Notes: generated from the letters alone by a model not told the origin. DNA of 54,567 nucleotides from an uncultured virus (IMG/VR IMGVR_UViG_3300012953_000018) (IMGVR_UViG_3300012953_000018), one strand, 5' to 3'; positions 18,276-28,876 are shown, counted from the first letter of the stretch. Numbers and translations are program-made.

Positions 18276-18303
18276 GTAGTAACACATATGGAATACTACT
18301 ATT

Positions 18304-19119
18304 ATGGCAAAACCGAACAGTAAAGCAACACTAAAAGATTATATTAAACGAAAACTTGGAGCTCCTGTTCTAGATATCAATGTGGATGATGACCAGTTTG
18401 ACGATAGAATAGACGAAGCATTACAGTATTTCCAAGAGTACCATTACGATGGTTCTATCAGAGTTTATCTCAAGCATCAAGTAACCGATGCCAAAAAGAC
18501 TGCAATGAAAGCCAACGAGACCTTTACAGAGTCAGCAGCTGGTACTCATGCATATGATAACGAACAAGTATTACAACAACAAAACTACATTGTATTACCT
18601 GAGTTTGTTCTTGCAGTAAATAGAATTTTCCCTTTCAATGACAAAAGCAATCTAAACATGTTTGATGTAAGATATCAACTTAGATTGAATGACATATATG
18701 ATCTAACATCTACAAGTATTCTGTACTATGAAATGGTACAACAACATATCAGTATGATGGACAACATACTCGTTGGTCAGGTTCCTATCAGATATAAACA
18801 ACACATGAATAGATTGTATATTGATATGGATATGACAGCAGTAAATGCTAATGAGTATCTAATTATTGAGTGTCATAGAAAGATTGACCCAAATGATTTC
18901 ACAGATATCTATAATGATATGTGGTTGAAAAGATATTCAACTGCATTAGTGAAATATCAATGGGCTGAAAATCTATCAAAGTTTGAAGGGATTGCGTTGC
19001 CTGGCGGGGTAACACTAAACGCTTCAGAAATGAAAGCACAAGCACAAGAGGAAATAACTAAGTTAGAAGAAGAGTCTAGACTGAACTATGAACTACCAGT
19101 CATGGACTTAATGGGGTAA
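18304..19119 (+). CDS. gp13: Neck protein gp13
   Basis: LKDYIKRKLGAPVL.INV, YNDMWLKRY.TAL.K.QW, GIALPGGVTLN. Position in the T4 gene order. Confidence 0.9.
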   Translation: MAKPNSKATLKDYIKRKLGAPVLDINVDDDQFDDRIDEALQYFQEYHYDGSIRVYLKHQVTDAKKTAMKANETFTESAAGTHAYDNEQVLQQQNYIVLPEFVLAVNRIFPFNDKSNLNMFDVRYQLRLNDIYDLTSTSILYYEMVQQHISMMDNILVGQVPIRYKQHMNRLYIDMDMTAVNANEYLIIECHRKIDPNDFTDIYNDMWLKRYSTALVKYQWAENLSKFEGIALPGGVTLNASEMKAQAQEEITKLEEESRLNYELPVMDLMG

Positions 19120-19123
19120 GTGA

Positions 19124-19984
19124 ATGCCTACAAATGTTTATTTTAATCATTCTGTAAAAACAGAACAGCACCTCTATGAGGATTTGGTAGTAGAGTCTTT
19201 AAGATTCTATGGACATGATGTCCTATATCTACCAAGAACCATAGTCGAGCAAGACGGTATACTAAATGACGATGTTCAATCGACATTCGGTGACGCCTAT
19301 TCTGTTGAGATGTATCTTGAAAATGTAGAAGGATTTGAAGGAGAGGGAGACCTTGTATCTAAGTTCGGTGTACAAATCCAAGAAGAAGCAACCTTTATCA
19401 TATCTTTAAGAACATGGGAAAGATTCATTTCTCTAGATTCAAATCTTGCAACATCACTCAGACCTAACGAAGGAGATTTAATTTACTTCCCTCTTACAGG
19501 TTCATTATTTGAAATAAATTTTGTAGAAGACCAAGACCCTTTCTTCCAGTTAGGAAAAATGTTTGTATTCAAGATGAGATGTTCACTCTTCTCATACGGT
19601 GGAGAGGATTTCGATACTGGTACAGCTGCAGACTTGGTAGAAGCAGATTCAGCTTACACAATAGAACTAACTATGAACACTGGTTCAGGAAACTTTATAC
19701 ATGGAGAGAACTTGACTACAGTTATAGATAGTACAACAGTAACAGTTGGAGAGGTGGTTCTATGGCAACCTACTTCAAGAAAACTTACAATTAAGGATAA
19801 CACTAGAACACTACAAGTCGGTGATACACTAACAGGTGCAACATCAACCACTGCAAGAACTATCGGTGCAATAACAGATGTCATGACATTTGGTACAGAC
19901 CATTCAGCACAGAATGTAGAATTTGAATCTCAAGATTCAAATTACCTAGACTTTAGTGAAGTTAATCCGTTTGGTGAACCATAA
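19124..19984 (+). CDS. gp14: Neck protein gp14
   Basis: EQ.LYEDLVVESL..YG.DV.YLPR, SKFG, RPNEGDLIYFP, PFFQLGK, DFSE.NPFG. Confidence 0.9.
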   Translation: MPTNVYFNHSVKTEQHLYEDLVVESLRFYGHDVLYLPRTIVEQDGILNDDVQSTFGDAYSVEMYLENVEGFEGEGDLVSKFGVQIQEEATFIISLRTWERFISLDSNLATSLRPNEGDLIYFPLTGSLFEINFVEDQDPFFQLGKMFVFKMRCSLFSYGGEDFDTGTAADLVEADSAYTIELTMNTGSGNFIHGENLTTVIDSTTVTVGEVVLWQPTSRKLTIKDNTRTLQVGDTLTGATSTTARTIGAITDVMTFGTDHSAQNVEFESQDSNYLDFSEVNPFGEP

Positions 19985-21033
19985 TGTTCGGAACATATTT
20001 TTATAACGAAACAATCAAAAGGTCGATTTCTATTTTCGGTACTTTGTTTAATAACATTGATATTAAGAAAACGAAAGCTGACGGAACTGTACTCACATCA
20101 CAGAAAGTACCCATATCCTATGGCCCTAAACAAAAGTTTCTATTAAGACTTACTGAGGATGCAAAACAAAGAGATGGTGCAGTAACATCTATCTCTCTAC
20201 CTCGTATGGCTTTTGAAATGACAGGATTAGAGTATGATCCGTCAAGACAACAAAACAAAATCATTAGAACACAAAAGACACAATTAGAAACAACTGATGT
20301 TGGTAAAAGAGGATTCCAATATCAACCAGCACCTTACAATATAAACTTTACTCTATCCATACTTGCAAAGAACGCTATCGATGCACTACAAATTGTAGAA
20401 CAAATACTACCATACTTCCAACCTGAGTATACAGTTGCAATGAAAATTGTAGATACTATGAGTGAAGTCAGGGATGTACCAGTCATATTAAACTCAGTTG
20501 CAATGGAAGATATGTATGAAGGTTCATTCGAAGAAAGAAGAGTTATAGAATATACATTAGAGTTCACTATGAAGTTGTATATGTTCGGCCCAGTATATAC
20601 TGGTGAAGTTATTAAGAATGTTATCGAAAGAGAATACATCAGTGATAATGTTCAAGCTGGATTTACATCGTCTCAAATTAATAGTGCTGGACTCGTTAAA
20701 GAAGTTAAACACTATGAACCAGCATTCGCTGCTGTTGCAAATCAAGTGACTAACTCAAATACAGTGACATTTGCTACGGCAATAAATAGTAAGATAAGTA
20801 CAGGAGATGAAGTTTTCGGTACAAATTTAACCACTAATCCTACAGTGAGTAGTATTGCAAGTGATAAATTATCGATTGTATTAAGCAATCAGGTGAATTT
20901 CAATGCAGATACAACACTGAAATTTGTAGGTTCTGTTGACCCAAGTGATACATTTGTGGTTGCAGAGACGGTGACTTTTTATGATGAAGGTGGAGGTAAT
21001 ACATATTCGGAAGACCTCGCTGGTGATGCATAG
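19984..21033 (+). CDS. gp15: Tail sheath stabiliser/terminator gp15
   Basis: YFYNETI, FGTLFNNI, VPISYGPKQKFL, LPRMAFE, QIVEQILPYFQP. Confidence 0.9.
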   Translation: MFGTYFYNETIKRSISIFGTLFNNIDIKKTKADGTVLTSQKVPISYGPKQKFLLRLTEDAKQRDGAVTSISLPRMAFEMTGLEYDPSRQQNKIIRTQKTQLETTDVGKRGFQYQPAPYNINFTLSILAKNAIDALQIVEQILPYFQPEYTVAMKIVDTMSEVRDVPVILNSVAMEDMYEGSFEERRVIEYTLEFTMKLYMFGPVYTGEVIKNVIEREYISDNVQAGFTSSQINSAGLVKEVKHYEPAFAAVANQVTNSNTVTFATAINSKISTGDEVFGTNLTTNPTVSSIASDKLSIVLSNQVNFNADTTLKFVGSVDPSDTFVVAETVTFYDEGGGNTYSEDLAGDA

Positions 21034-21035
21034 TT

Positions 21036-21449
21036 ATGACAAAAGAAATAGACGACAAATTAGATAATCTTCTTGATATCAATTCTGATATTAAAACAGA
21101 GACCAAGTTGGTCAAAGTTCCCACTAGAGAGAAGAACATTGAAACGGACTACAAATATGCCCGTGAGAACCTCTATGACCTCGTAGAACGAGGACAAGAT
21201 GCAATCGACGGCATACTAGAACTATCCAAAGAAACAGAACACCCGCGTGCATACGAGGTTGCTGGTCAATTAATCAAAACAGTATCCGAGACTGCAGAAA
21301 AGTTAATCGATATACAGAAGAAATTAAAAGACCTAGAAAAGGAAGATAGTTCAGTCAGGACACAACACAATCACTTGTATGTAGGTTCAACAAGTGAGTT
21401 GCAGAAGTTCCTGAAAAAGGAGTCCAAGAAAGATGTTAGAGAAGACTAG
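21036..21449 (+). CDS. gp16: Terminase small subunit gp16
   Basis: DYKYARENL, HPRAYEVAGQLIK, VGSTSELQK. Confidence 0.9.
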   Translation: MTKEIDDKLDNLLDINSDIKTETKLVKVPTREKNIETDYKYARENLYDLVERGQDAIDGILELSKETEHPRAYEVAGQLIKTVSETAEKLIDIQKKLKDLEKEDSSVRTQHNHLYVGSTSELQKFLKKESKKDVRED

Positions 21450-22002
21450 CGAATACAAATTACTACCTATACCCGAAGTAAAGGAAGGTGAAGCCTTTTG
21501 GTTAATGTCATTGGGACAATTGACCCGTCACAATACACATTACTTTAAGGATATAGACGAAGTAGAAAATTATAATCCATATGAAGATTGGATTAAAGAA
21601 AATGTCAAAGATAAAGTCGTATGTGATTTAGGAAGTGGAACAGGTGTCTTACTTCATCTTGCAGAATATTACGGTGCAAAGAAATGTATCGGAATCGAAA
21701 AAAATAACTGGGCCTGTGTATATACAAAAGGTATGTACCCACATTGGGATATCATCCATAATGATTTCCTACAAATGGAGGAATGGCCTGAAGCAGATAT
21801 CTACATTCATAAAGGTATTGATGAGATGAAAGCTCTCAACGAAAAAGCACATAAGTTGGGTAAAACTAATTGGCCCAAAGAATGGTTGAATGGATATGGT
21901 GAAGAACAAGAAGGAATGATAGATTATGTTTCAAACAAACATAAAAGAACATTCGAAGAGTTGATAAGACTTGGGTGGATGGAAGAATACTTAAATGGTT
22001 AA
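21433..22002 (+). CDS. Class I SAM-dependent methyltransferase-like protein
   Basis: VVCDLGSGTGVL motif I, GAKKCIGIE. Overlaps both terminase genes. Confidence 0.7.
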   Translation: MLEKTSEYKLLPIPEVKEGEAFWLMSLGQLTRHNTHYFKDIDEVENYNPYEDWIKENVKDKVVCDLGSGTGVLLHLAEYYGAKKCIGIEKNNWACVYTKGMYPHWDIIHNDFLQMEEWPEADIYIHKGIDEMKALNEKAHKLGKTNWPKEWLNGYGEEQEGMIDYVSNKHKRTFEELIRLGWMEEYLNG

Positions 22003-23602
22003 ACCTGTAAACGAAGGATATCTCGGTAACACTCTCATAAAAAGGAGCGGTGTCGAGACGCAGTATACTAAAGAAGAGTTGGCAGAATACATGAAGTGTT
22101 CTAAAGACCCAGTTCATTTTATAGAACAGTATACTCAAATTATATCCCTAGATGAAGGTATGGTTCCTTTCCAACTTCGTGGTTATCAAGAAAACCTTAT
22201 TAACTTCTATGATGAAAATAGATTCAATATTGTTCTTGCATCAAGACAGTCAGGTAAGTCAATCACATCATGTGCATATCTTTTATGGTATCTCTTGTTC
22301 CATCCCGAAGTAACAGTCGCGGTACTTGCAAACAAAGGTGCAATTGCAAGAGAGATGATTGCCAGAATCGTAACCATGTTAGAGTCTGTACCGTTCTTTT
22401 TACAGCCGGGCGTTAAGATTCTCAACAAAGGTTCTATAGAATTTGCAAATGATTCCAAGGTAGTTGCAGCTGCAACATCATCAAGTTCGATTCGTGGTAT
22501 GTCAATTAACTTACTATACCTCGATGAGTTTGCATTCGTAGATGATGCAGATACATTCTATACTGCAACATATCCCGTTATTACATCAGGTAAAGATTCT
22601 AAGGTTATAATTACATCTACTGCAAACGGTGTAGGTAATATGTTCCATAGAATATACGAATCTGCAGTTCATGAACAGTCAGAATACAAGCACTTCATAA
22701 TAAACTGGTATGATGTGCCGGGCCGTGATGATAAATGGAAAGAGATGACCATTGCTAACACCTCAGAGGCACAGTTTGAACAAGAGTATGGTAATAGTTT
22801 CTTAGGTACAGGTAACACTTTGATTAACTCAGACACCTTACTAGGAATGAAAGCTTGGGAACCTGAGTGGAATAAGGACAATATTCAGGTCTATAAAAGA
22901 CCGAAGGAAGGACACGACTATATATGTACAGTAGATGTTGCAAAAGGTAGAGGAATGGATTATTCCACCTTCTCCGTGTTTGATGTATCTACGCAACCGT
23001 TTGAACAGGTTTGTACCTATCGGGATAGTATGGTAAGTCCCATGCTGTTTCCTGATATTATAAATAAGTATGTACGAGCTTACAATGAAGCATTAGTAAT
23101 CATTGAGAATAATGCAGAAGGTGGAATGGTTGCAACACAGTTGCATTACGATATTGAATATCCAAATGTCTTTGTACAAGGACAATTAAAGGCAGACGAT
23201 ATTGGAGTAACCGTTAACAAAAAGATTAAACGGATAGGCTGTTCTACACTTAAAGAGTTGTTAGAAGAGAAAAGATTACATCTTGTAGATCGTGCAACTA
23301 TAACGGAGTTAATGACTTTTGTCACTAAGGGTAATTCCTATGAGGCAGATAGAGGTTACCATGATGATATGGTAATGAATTTAGTGTTATTCAGTTGGTT
23401 TATTACGACTGAATACTTCTATCACATGACTGATAAACAAGTGAAAGACTTGTTATATGCAGAACAACAAAAGATGATAGAAGATGACATATTACCCGCG
23501 GGGGTATTTGGTGCAGAACAAGGGACAACGGAAACAACCTTTGTAGACGACCAAGGAGACCGTTGGTTTACTAAAGATATGTCAGTAGGAAACGAATGGT
23601 AG
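21995..23602 (+). CDS. gp17: Terminase large subunit gp17
   Basis: Walker A SRQSGKS, Walker B LLYLDEFAF, ITSTANG, nuclease VDVAKG.G.DYS and HDDMVM. Confidence 0.95.
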   Translation: MVKPVNEGYLGNTLIKRSGVETQYTKEELAEYMKCSKDPVHFIEQYTQIISLDEGMVPFQLRGYQENLINFYDENRFNIVLASRQSGKSITSCAYLLWYLLFHPEVTVAVLANKGAIAREMIARIVTMLESVPFFLQPGVKILNKGSIEFANDSKVVAAATSSSSIRGMSINLLYLDEFAFVDDADTFYTATYPVITSGKDSKVIITSTANGVGNMFHRIYESAVHEQSEYKHFIINWYDVPGRDDKWKEMTIANTSEAQFEQEYGNSFLGTGNTLINSDTLLGMKAWEPEWNKDNIQVYKRPKEGHDYICTVDVAKGRGMDYSTFSVFDVSTQPFEQVCTYRDSMVSPMLFPDIINKYVRAYNEALVIIENNAEGGMVATQLHYDIEYPNVFVQGQLKADDIGVTVNKKIKRIGCSTLKELLEEKRLHLVDRATITELMTFVTKGNSYEADRGYHDDMVMNLVLFSWFITTEYFYHMTDKQVKDLLYAEQQKMIEDDILPAGVFGAEQGTTETTFVDDQGDRWFTKDMSVGNEW

Positions 23603-23622
23603 TTCTTTAGAGAACGCAAAGT

Positions 23623-23630
23623 TATAAATA
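23623..23630 (+). promoter_or_regulatory. T4-type late promoter
   Basis: TATAAATA upstream of gp18, with an AGGAG RBS. Confidence 0.8.
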
Positions 23631-23668
23631 AAACAGTAAACAACTTTTTACATTAACAGGAGAAAAAT

Positions 23669-25642
23669 ATGGCATTTCAAGTATCACCAGGCGTACAAGT
23701 CAAAGAAGTTGACTTGACAAATGTTGTGCCTGCAGTTTCCTCTACGGTAGGAGCATTCGCGGGTTCATTTAGATGGGGCCCTGTTGATGAAGTAGTATCA
23801 GTTTCAGATAGCAAAGGTTTAGTAGATCACTTCTATAGTCCAGCAGACACAGACGCTGCTGCAGAAGACTTCTATTCTGCAGAGGCTTTCTTAAGATATG
23901 GTTCATCATTAAAAGTTGTTCGTGTTGCAAGTTCAACAGCCTATAATGCAAACAACGGTGGTGACACTGATGCAAGCATTAAAAATCTAGATGCATACCA
24001 GTCAGGTTTCGAAGACGGTGGTGCAGCTGGAACAATAGGTCAATGGGCTGCAAAATACCCAGGCGCAATTGGAAACTCACTGAAAGTTAGTGTTTGTGCA
24101 TCTCCCGATGCATATTTCAATGACAATGTGACTACTCTAGATGCAGAAGAAGCTGCTGGTCAAACAGTGATTTCCGTTACATCTGAAGCAGGTTTCAGCA
24201 TCAGGGATATAGTAAGATTCGGTACTGATACTCAGGAATACCGAGTTACTGCTACTGCAACAGGAACAATAACTGTAGAAGCCCTAAACCAACCAGCTGG
24301 AACAGGTCTAGTTAGCACAGTTGCTAACTCAACTCAAGTTCACAGATATTGGGAGTTTTATAATCAATTTGATAAAGCCCCAGGCACATCTGCATCTGCA
24401 ACCGCAGCTTCAGGTAGTGCAGACGAAATTCATGTAGTAGTCGTAGACGAAGATGGAGCAATCTCAGGTAAACAACACGAAGTTCTAGAAACTTACGGGT
24501 TCGTTTCATGTGCATCAGACAGTAAAGATGCATCAGGTTCTTCTAACTACTATAAATCAAAAATCAATAACCAATCCGACTGGATATGGTGGACAGGTCA
24601 TAGCACCTCGACTCATGCAGCTGCAAACAGTATAACAACTCACGCAGGTTCAGGGTCAGTTGCTTTCGGAAGACCTTCTGCACCAATCAACTCATCTCTA
24701 GCAAATGGAGCTGACGGAGGTTTACCAACACCAGCAGTTAAGTATGCTGGATATGTTGATAACTTCGGTGATGCAGAAACTCAAGATGTCTCATTCTTAA
24801 TCGTAGGTTCAACTAGAACTTCGAATGGTGACCTTCTTACAGACCACAATTCAATCGTGAATCAATTAATCCAAGTTGCAGAAAATCGTAAAGATTGTAT
24901 GGTAATTGCTTCTCCAAGGAGAGCATCAGTGGTTAATGTCTCATCCGAGTCAACTCAAAGTTCAAATGTTATTGCAGACTACGCGTCTGTAACATCAAGT
25001 TCTTATGCAGTATTAGACTCAGGTTGGGTTTACCAATACGACAGATACAACGACAAATACTGTTGGGTGCCCGGCAACGGACATACAGCAGGTATCATGG
25101 CAAGGTCAGACTTGTTAAGAGACCCATGGTTCTCACCAGCGGGATTCTCTAGAGGTCAGTACCTAGGAATAACTAAACTTGCTTTCAACCCATCACAAGG
25201 GTCAAGAGATGACCTTTATCAAGCAAGGATTAATCCTATCGTAACATTCCCAGGCCAAGGTACAGTATTATTTGGAGATAAAACTGCACTAAGTACACCA
25301 TCTGCATTCGATAGAATCAATGTCAGAAGGTTATTCATCGTATTAGAAAAGGCAATTGCAGTTGCAGCTAAATCACAACTCTTTGAATTCAATGATGCAT
25401 TCACTAGAGCACAATTTAGAGCTGCAGTAGAACCTTTCCTAAGAGATGTTAAGAACAGAAGGGGTCTAACAGACTTCACAGTATTATGTGATGAAACTAA
25501 CAACACAGATACAGTTATAGATAGAAACGAATTTGTATGTTCTATCTTTGTGAAACCTGCTAGAAGTATTAACTTTATCACTCTTAACTTCGTGGCTGCA
25601 AGGTCAGGGGTTGAGTTTGAAGAAATCTACGGAGCAGTTTAA
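23669..25642 (+). CDS. gp18: Tail sheath protein gp18
   Basis: SPGVQVKEVDLT, F.WGP, PWFSPAG..RG, FDRINVRRLF, KPARSINFITLNFVA. Confidence 0.95.
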   Translation: MAFQVSPGVQVKEVDLTNVVPAVSSTVGAFAGSFRWGPVDEVVSVSDSKGLVDHFYSPADTDAAAEDFYSAEAFLRYGSSLKVVRVASSTAYNANNGGDTDASIKNLDAYQSGFEDGGAAGTIGQWAAKYPGAIGNSLKVSVCASPDAYFNDNVTTLDAEEAAGQTVISVTSEAGFSIRDIVRFGTDTQEYRVTATATGTITVEALNQPAGTGLVSTVANSTQVHRYWEFYNQFDKAPGTSASATAASGSADEIHVVVVDEDGAISGKQHEVLETYGFVSCASDSKDASGSSNYYKSKINNQSDWIWWTGHSTSTHAAANSITTHAGSGSVAFGRPSAPINSSLANGADGGLPTPAVKYAGYVDNFGDAETQDVSFLIVGSTRTSNGDLLTDHNSIVNQLIQVAENRKDCMVIASPRRASVVNVSSESTQSSNVIADYASVTSSSYAVLDSGWVYQYDRYNDKYCWVPGNGHTAGIMARSDLLRDPWFSPAGFSRGQYLGITKLAFNPSQGSRDDLYQARINPIVTFPGQGTVLFGDKTALSTPSAFDRINVRRLFIVLEKAIAVAAKSQLFEFNDAFTRAQFRAAVEPFLRDVKNRRGLTDFTVLCDETNNTDTVIDRNEFVCSIFVKPARSINFITLNFVAARSGVEFEEIYGAV

Positions 25643-25652
25643 GGAGTAAAGA

Positions 25653-26150
25653 ATGGCAACAATAGACGAATTTAAAGCACAACTGATTGGTGGTGGCCCG
25701 AGACCTAACCGATTTAGAGTCTTTATTCCTAGAGCAGGAAACCGTATTGAGTTCCTTTGTAAAGGAGCTGCAATACCCGCTGCTACCCTAGGTGAGATTC
25801 CAATCAACTTTAGAGGTCACATTCTAAAGTTAGCAGGAGATAGAACATTTGAAGATTGGTCAGTAACCATCATCAATGATTCAGAATTTTCTGCGAGGTC
25901 AGGACTAGAAGCTTGGCAACAAGACATTCAGGAACTTGATTCAGGTGTAGGTATGGCATCTAATGACTACTTACTTTCAAGAGCCTTTGTCGAACAATTA
26001 GGTAAAGACGACGCTGTCCTTGCGAGATATGAATTTTTCAACATGTTCCCGAAAAACATTGCTGCTATCGAATTAAACTACGAAACGGTAGATGCATTGG
26101 AGGAATTCACAGTTGACTTCACATATTCTCACTGGGAAAGAGTCAAGTAA
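25653..26150 (+). CDS. gp19: Tail tube protein gp19
   Basis: GG.RPNRF, FRG..LKLAGDRTFEDW.VT..ND, EEFTVDF.Y..W. Confidence 0.93.
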   Translation: MATIDEFKAQLIGGGPRPNRFRVFIPRAGNRIEFLCKGAAIPAATLGEIPINFRGHILKLAGDRTFEDWSVTIINDSEFSARSGLEAWQQDIQELDSGVGMASNDYLLSRAFVEQLGKDDAVLARYEFFNMFPKNIAAIELNYETVDALEEFTVDFTYSHWERVK

Positions 26151-26179
26151 TAATAGTGAAATGACCTCTTTAATAGGGG

Positions 26180-26187
26180 TATAAATA
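26180..26187 (+). promoter_or_regulatory. T4-type late promoter
   Basis: TATAAATA 5 nt upstream of the gp20 ATG. Confidence 0.75.
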
Positions 26188-26192
26188 TAGTT

Positions 26193-27725
26193 ATGGAATT
26201 ATTTGGGTTTGAAATAACTCGTAAGAAAGACGAGTTACGAGTCAAGGAAGCACAGAATGCTAAGTCATTCGTGCCTCCTGTTGACGATGATGGCACTCCC
26301 GTCATTCAACAACAAGCTGGATATATATCTGGCGGAGCATATGGTGCGTATGTTGATATGGAAGGTGGTATCAAGAATGAGTCTGAACTCATTCGAAGAT
26401 ATAGAGAGACATCATTAGTACCCGAATGTGATTCGGCAATAGAAGATATTGTCAATGAGTGTATTACTTCTGATATATCAGATAGGATTGTTGCACTCGA
26501 TCTCAGAGATGTTAAGCTCTCTGATAGCATCAAGAATAAGATGCAAGACGAGTTTGCACACATCTTATCTCTAATGAAGTTCAATCAGAACTCTCATGAA
26601 TTATTCAGAAAGTGGTATGTCGATGGAAGGATTTACTTCCATAAGGTCGTTGATAGCAAACGCCCTAAGTTAGGTATAGTAGACCTAAGAAACATTGACC
26701 CTCTTAAAATTAAGAAGGTTAGGAATGTTGAGAAGGACAAAGACCCTAAGACTAAGATTGAGAGGGTTACTAAGATTGAAGAATTCTATATGTTTAACGA
26801 CAAAGGATTCGACAAGTCCAGTGCAACTGATGGTAATGTTGTAAGAATTGCACCCGAGGCGGTGACTTATACTACATCAGGATTATTGGATTACAGTAGA
26901 AATGTTGTAATCGGATACTTGCACAAAGCATTGAAGACTGCAAATCAGTTAGCAATGATGGAGGATGCACTTGTTATCTATAGGATTTCAAGGGCTCCTG
27001 AGAGAAGGATATTCTACATTGATGTAGGTAACCTTCCAAAGGCAAAGGCAGAACAGTACCTTGCCGATGTTATGCACAAATATAGAAATAAATTAGTGTA
27101 TAATGCAGAGACAGGTGAAATCAAAGATGATAGAAAACACATGTCAATGCTTGAAGATTTTTGGTTACCAAGAAGAGAAGGTGGTAGAGGAACAGAGATT
27201 ACCACACTTCCAGGCGGACAAAACTTAGCAGATATAGATGATATCGAATACTTCAAGAAGAAGTTATATCAGTCTCTAAATGTACCGTCAACTAGATTAG
27301 AAGCTGACAATGGATTTAACATGGGTAGAGCTTCAGAGATATCTAGAGATGAACTTAAGTTTAATAAGTTCACAAACAGACTTCAAAAGAAGTTTGCAAG
27401 AGTTTTTACAGACATTCTTAAGACTCATATGATTCTTAAGGAGATAGTAACTGGAGAAGAGTTTGACAAGATCAAAGACTTCATCCAGTATGAATTTGCA
27501 ACCGACAACCATTTTACAGAGTTGAAGGAAGCAGAGATTCTAAGGGAGAGATTAGATACCCTTGGAGGAATAGCAGACTATATTGGTAAATACTATTCAA
27601 ACGAATATGTTAGAAAGTATGTACTAAGACAGACTGAGGAAGACATCAAAATCATTGATGCCCAAATACAAGATGAGGGTGGAGATGAGGAAGGTGGAGA
27701 AGATGACAGCTTTGGAGGATTTTAG
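26193..27725 (+). CDS. gp20: Portal protein gp20
   Basis: WYVDGR, YRISRAPERRIFYIDVGNLPK.KAEQY, EDFWLPRREGGRGTEITTLPGGQNL. Confidence 0.97.
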   Translation: MELFGFEITRKKDELRVKEAQNAKSFVPPVDDDGTPVIQQQAGYISGGAYGAYVDMEGGIKNESELIRRYRETSLVPECDSAIEDIVNECITSDISDRIVALDLRDVKLSDSIKNKMQDEFAHILSLMKFNQNSHELFRKWYVDGRIYFHKVVDSKRPKLGIVDLRNIDPLKIKKVRNVEKDKDPKTKIERVTKIEEFYMFNDKGFDKSSATDGNVVRIAPEAVTYTTSGLLDYSRNVVIGYLHKALKTANQLAMMEDALVIYRISRAPERRIFYIDVGNLPKAKAEQYLADVMHKYRNKLVYNAETGEIKDDRKHMSMLEDFWLPRREGGRGTEITTLPGGQNLADIDDIEYFKKKLYQSLNVPSTRLEADNGFNMGRASEISRDELKFNKFTNRLQKKFARVFTDILKTHMILKEIVTGEEFDKIKDFIQYEFATDNHFTELKEAEILRERLDTLGGIADYIGKYYSNEYVRKYVLRQTEEDIKIIDAQIQDEGGDEEGGEDDSFGGF

Positions 27726-27727
27726 TA

Positions 27728-27910
27728 ATGAGTGAAGACATCAGTAGAAAGATAGTCGATGAGATAGAAGCAGGTAAACTTGAACAAGCCAAACAAACAG
27801 TGTTTGATGGTATCAAGGGAAAGGCTGCAGAAGTAGTCGACATGAAGAGGGTCGAAAAGTCAGTTAACTGGTTAGAGACACCCTCAAATGAAGGTGCAAC
27901 AGAAGAGTGA
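27728..27910 (+). CDS. Small prohead core protein (gp67-like position)
   Basis: Acidic 60-aa ORF between the portal and protease genes. Confidence 0.5.
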   Translation: MSEDISRKIVDEIEAGKLEQAKQTVFDGIKGKAAEVVDMKRVEKSVNWLETPSNEGATEE

Positions 27911-28206
27911 AAACCTTCCAAGATGTAGCTCAGGAACTTCATGAGGCAAAATTTATTTGCCCCGAAGGTCATGAGGTCATCAAAAGAGAAAAGCTAATAT
28001 TCGGTGAGGAAACAATAAATATAATATACACCGAATGTGAAGAAGGTATAACAGTATTCTTAAACGGACAGGATATACAGGAAACCTTCGAGGATGAAGA
28101 GTCCTTAAAAATTGGTATGCAATCAGTGAAGAAAATGTTAAAAGACATGTCCGAAGAAGGTATATCAATAGAGGGAATAGTAAATGAAATTAATATCGGA
28201 ATTTAA
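27907..28206 (+). CDS. Hypothetical acidic protein (gp68-like position)
   Basis: GTG start overlapping the upstream TGA. Lies just before gp21. Confidence 0.45.
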   Translation: MKTFQDVAQELHEAKFICPEGHEVIKREKLIFGEETINIIYTECEEGITVFLNGQDIQETFEDEESLKIGMQSVKKMLKDMSEEGISIEGIVNEINIGI

Positions 28207-28837
28207 CGACTACGCGGTCGAACCAGTTATAGTCGAGTCAAACGAGAACGGTAAGAAAGATTACTTTATCGAAGGTATCTTTATGCAATCCGAAATTAAA
28301 AACCGTAATGGTAGGATATACCCTAAAGAAGTTATACAGAAAGAAGTAAAAAGGTATAACAAAGAGTTCGTAGAACAAGATAGAGCATTCGGAGAGTTAG
28401 GACATCCCGAAGGGCCTACAATTAATTTAGACAAAGTGTCCCATATGATTACCACATTAAAAGAAGATGGTAACAATTTTGTGGGACGAGCAAAGATTTT
28501 GAGTACACCAAACGGTCAAATAGTTAAAAATTTGATAGATGATGGTGCCAAACTGGGTGTTTCTTCTAGAGGTCTAGGTTCACTAGAATCTAAAGGGGAT
28601 GCACAGTATGTAAAAGACGATTTTCAACTTGCTACGGCGGGTGATATCGTTGCTGACCCATCTGCACCTGAGGCCTTCGTTGAAGGTATCATGGAAGGAG
28701 TAGAGTGGGTATATGAGAGTGGTATCTTGAAAGCAAGAGATATTGATGAAATGCAGAGAGAATTAAAGACTGCTAGACTCAATTCCCTTGAAGAAACCAA
28801 ATTGAAACTATGGAAAAGGTTCGTTAGAAACCTTTAA
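28184..28837 (+). CDS. gp21: Prohead protease gp21
   Basis: IEGIFMQ, NRNGRIYP, GELGHP, GVSSRGLGS, DIVADPSAP.AFV.GIME. Confidence 0.95.
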   Translation: MKLISEFNDYAVEPVIVESNENGKKDYFIEGIFMQSEIKNRNGRIYPKEVIQKEVKRYNKEFVEQDRAFGELGHPEGPTINLDKVSHMITTLKEDGNNFVGRAKILSTPNGQIVKNLIDDGAKLGVSSRGLGSLESKGDAQYVKDDFQLATAGDIVADPSAPEAFVEGIMEGVEWVYESGILKARDIDEMQRELKTARLNSLEETKLKLWKRFVRNL

Positions 28838-28839
28838 CA

Positions 28840-28847
28840 TATAAATA
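28840..28847 (+). promoter_or_regulatory. T4-type late promoter
   Basis: TATAAATA upstream of gp22, with an AGGAG RBS. Confidence 0.8.
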
Positions 28848-28876
28848 AAAAAGTAATCTTTAAACAGGAGAAATTT

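Noticed and set aside
23059..23066. TATAAATA inside gp17 (also at 35416 inside uvsW)
   Set aside because: Intragenic matches in AT-rich DNA can arise by chance. Not supportable as promoters without transcript data.
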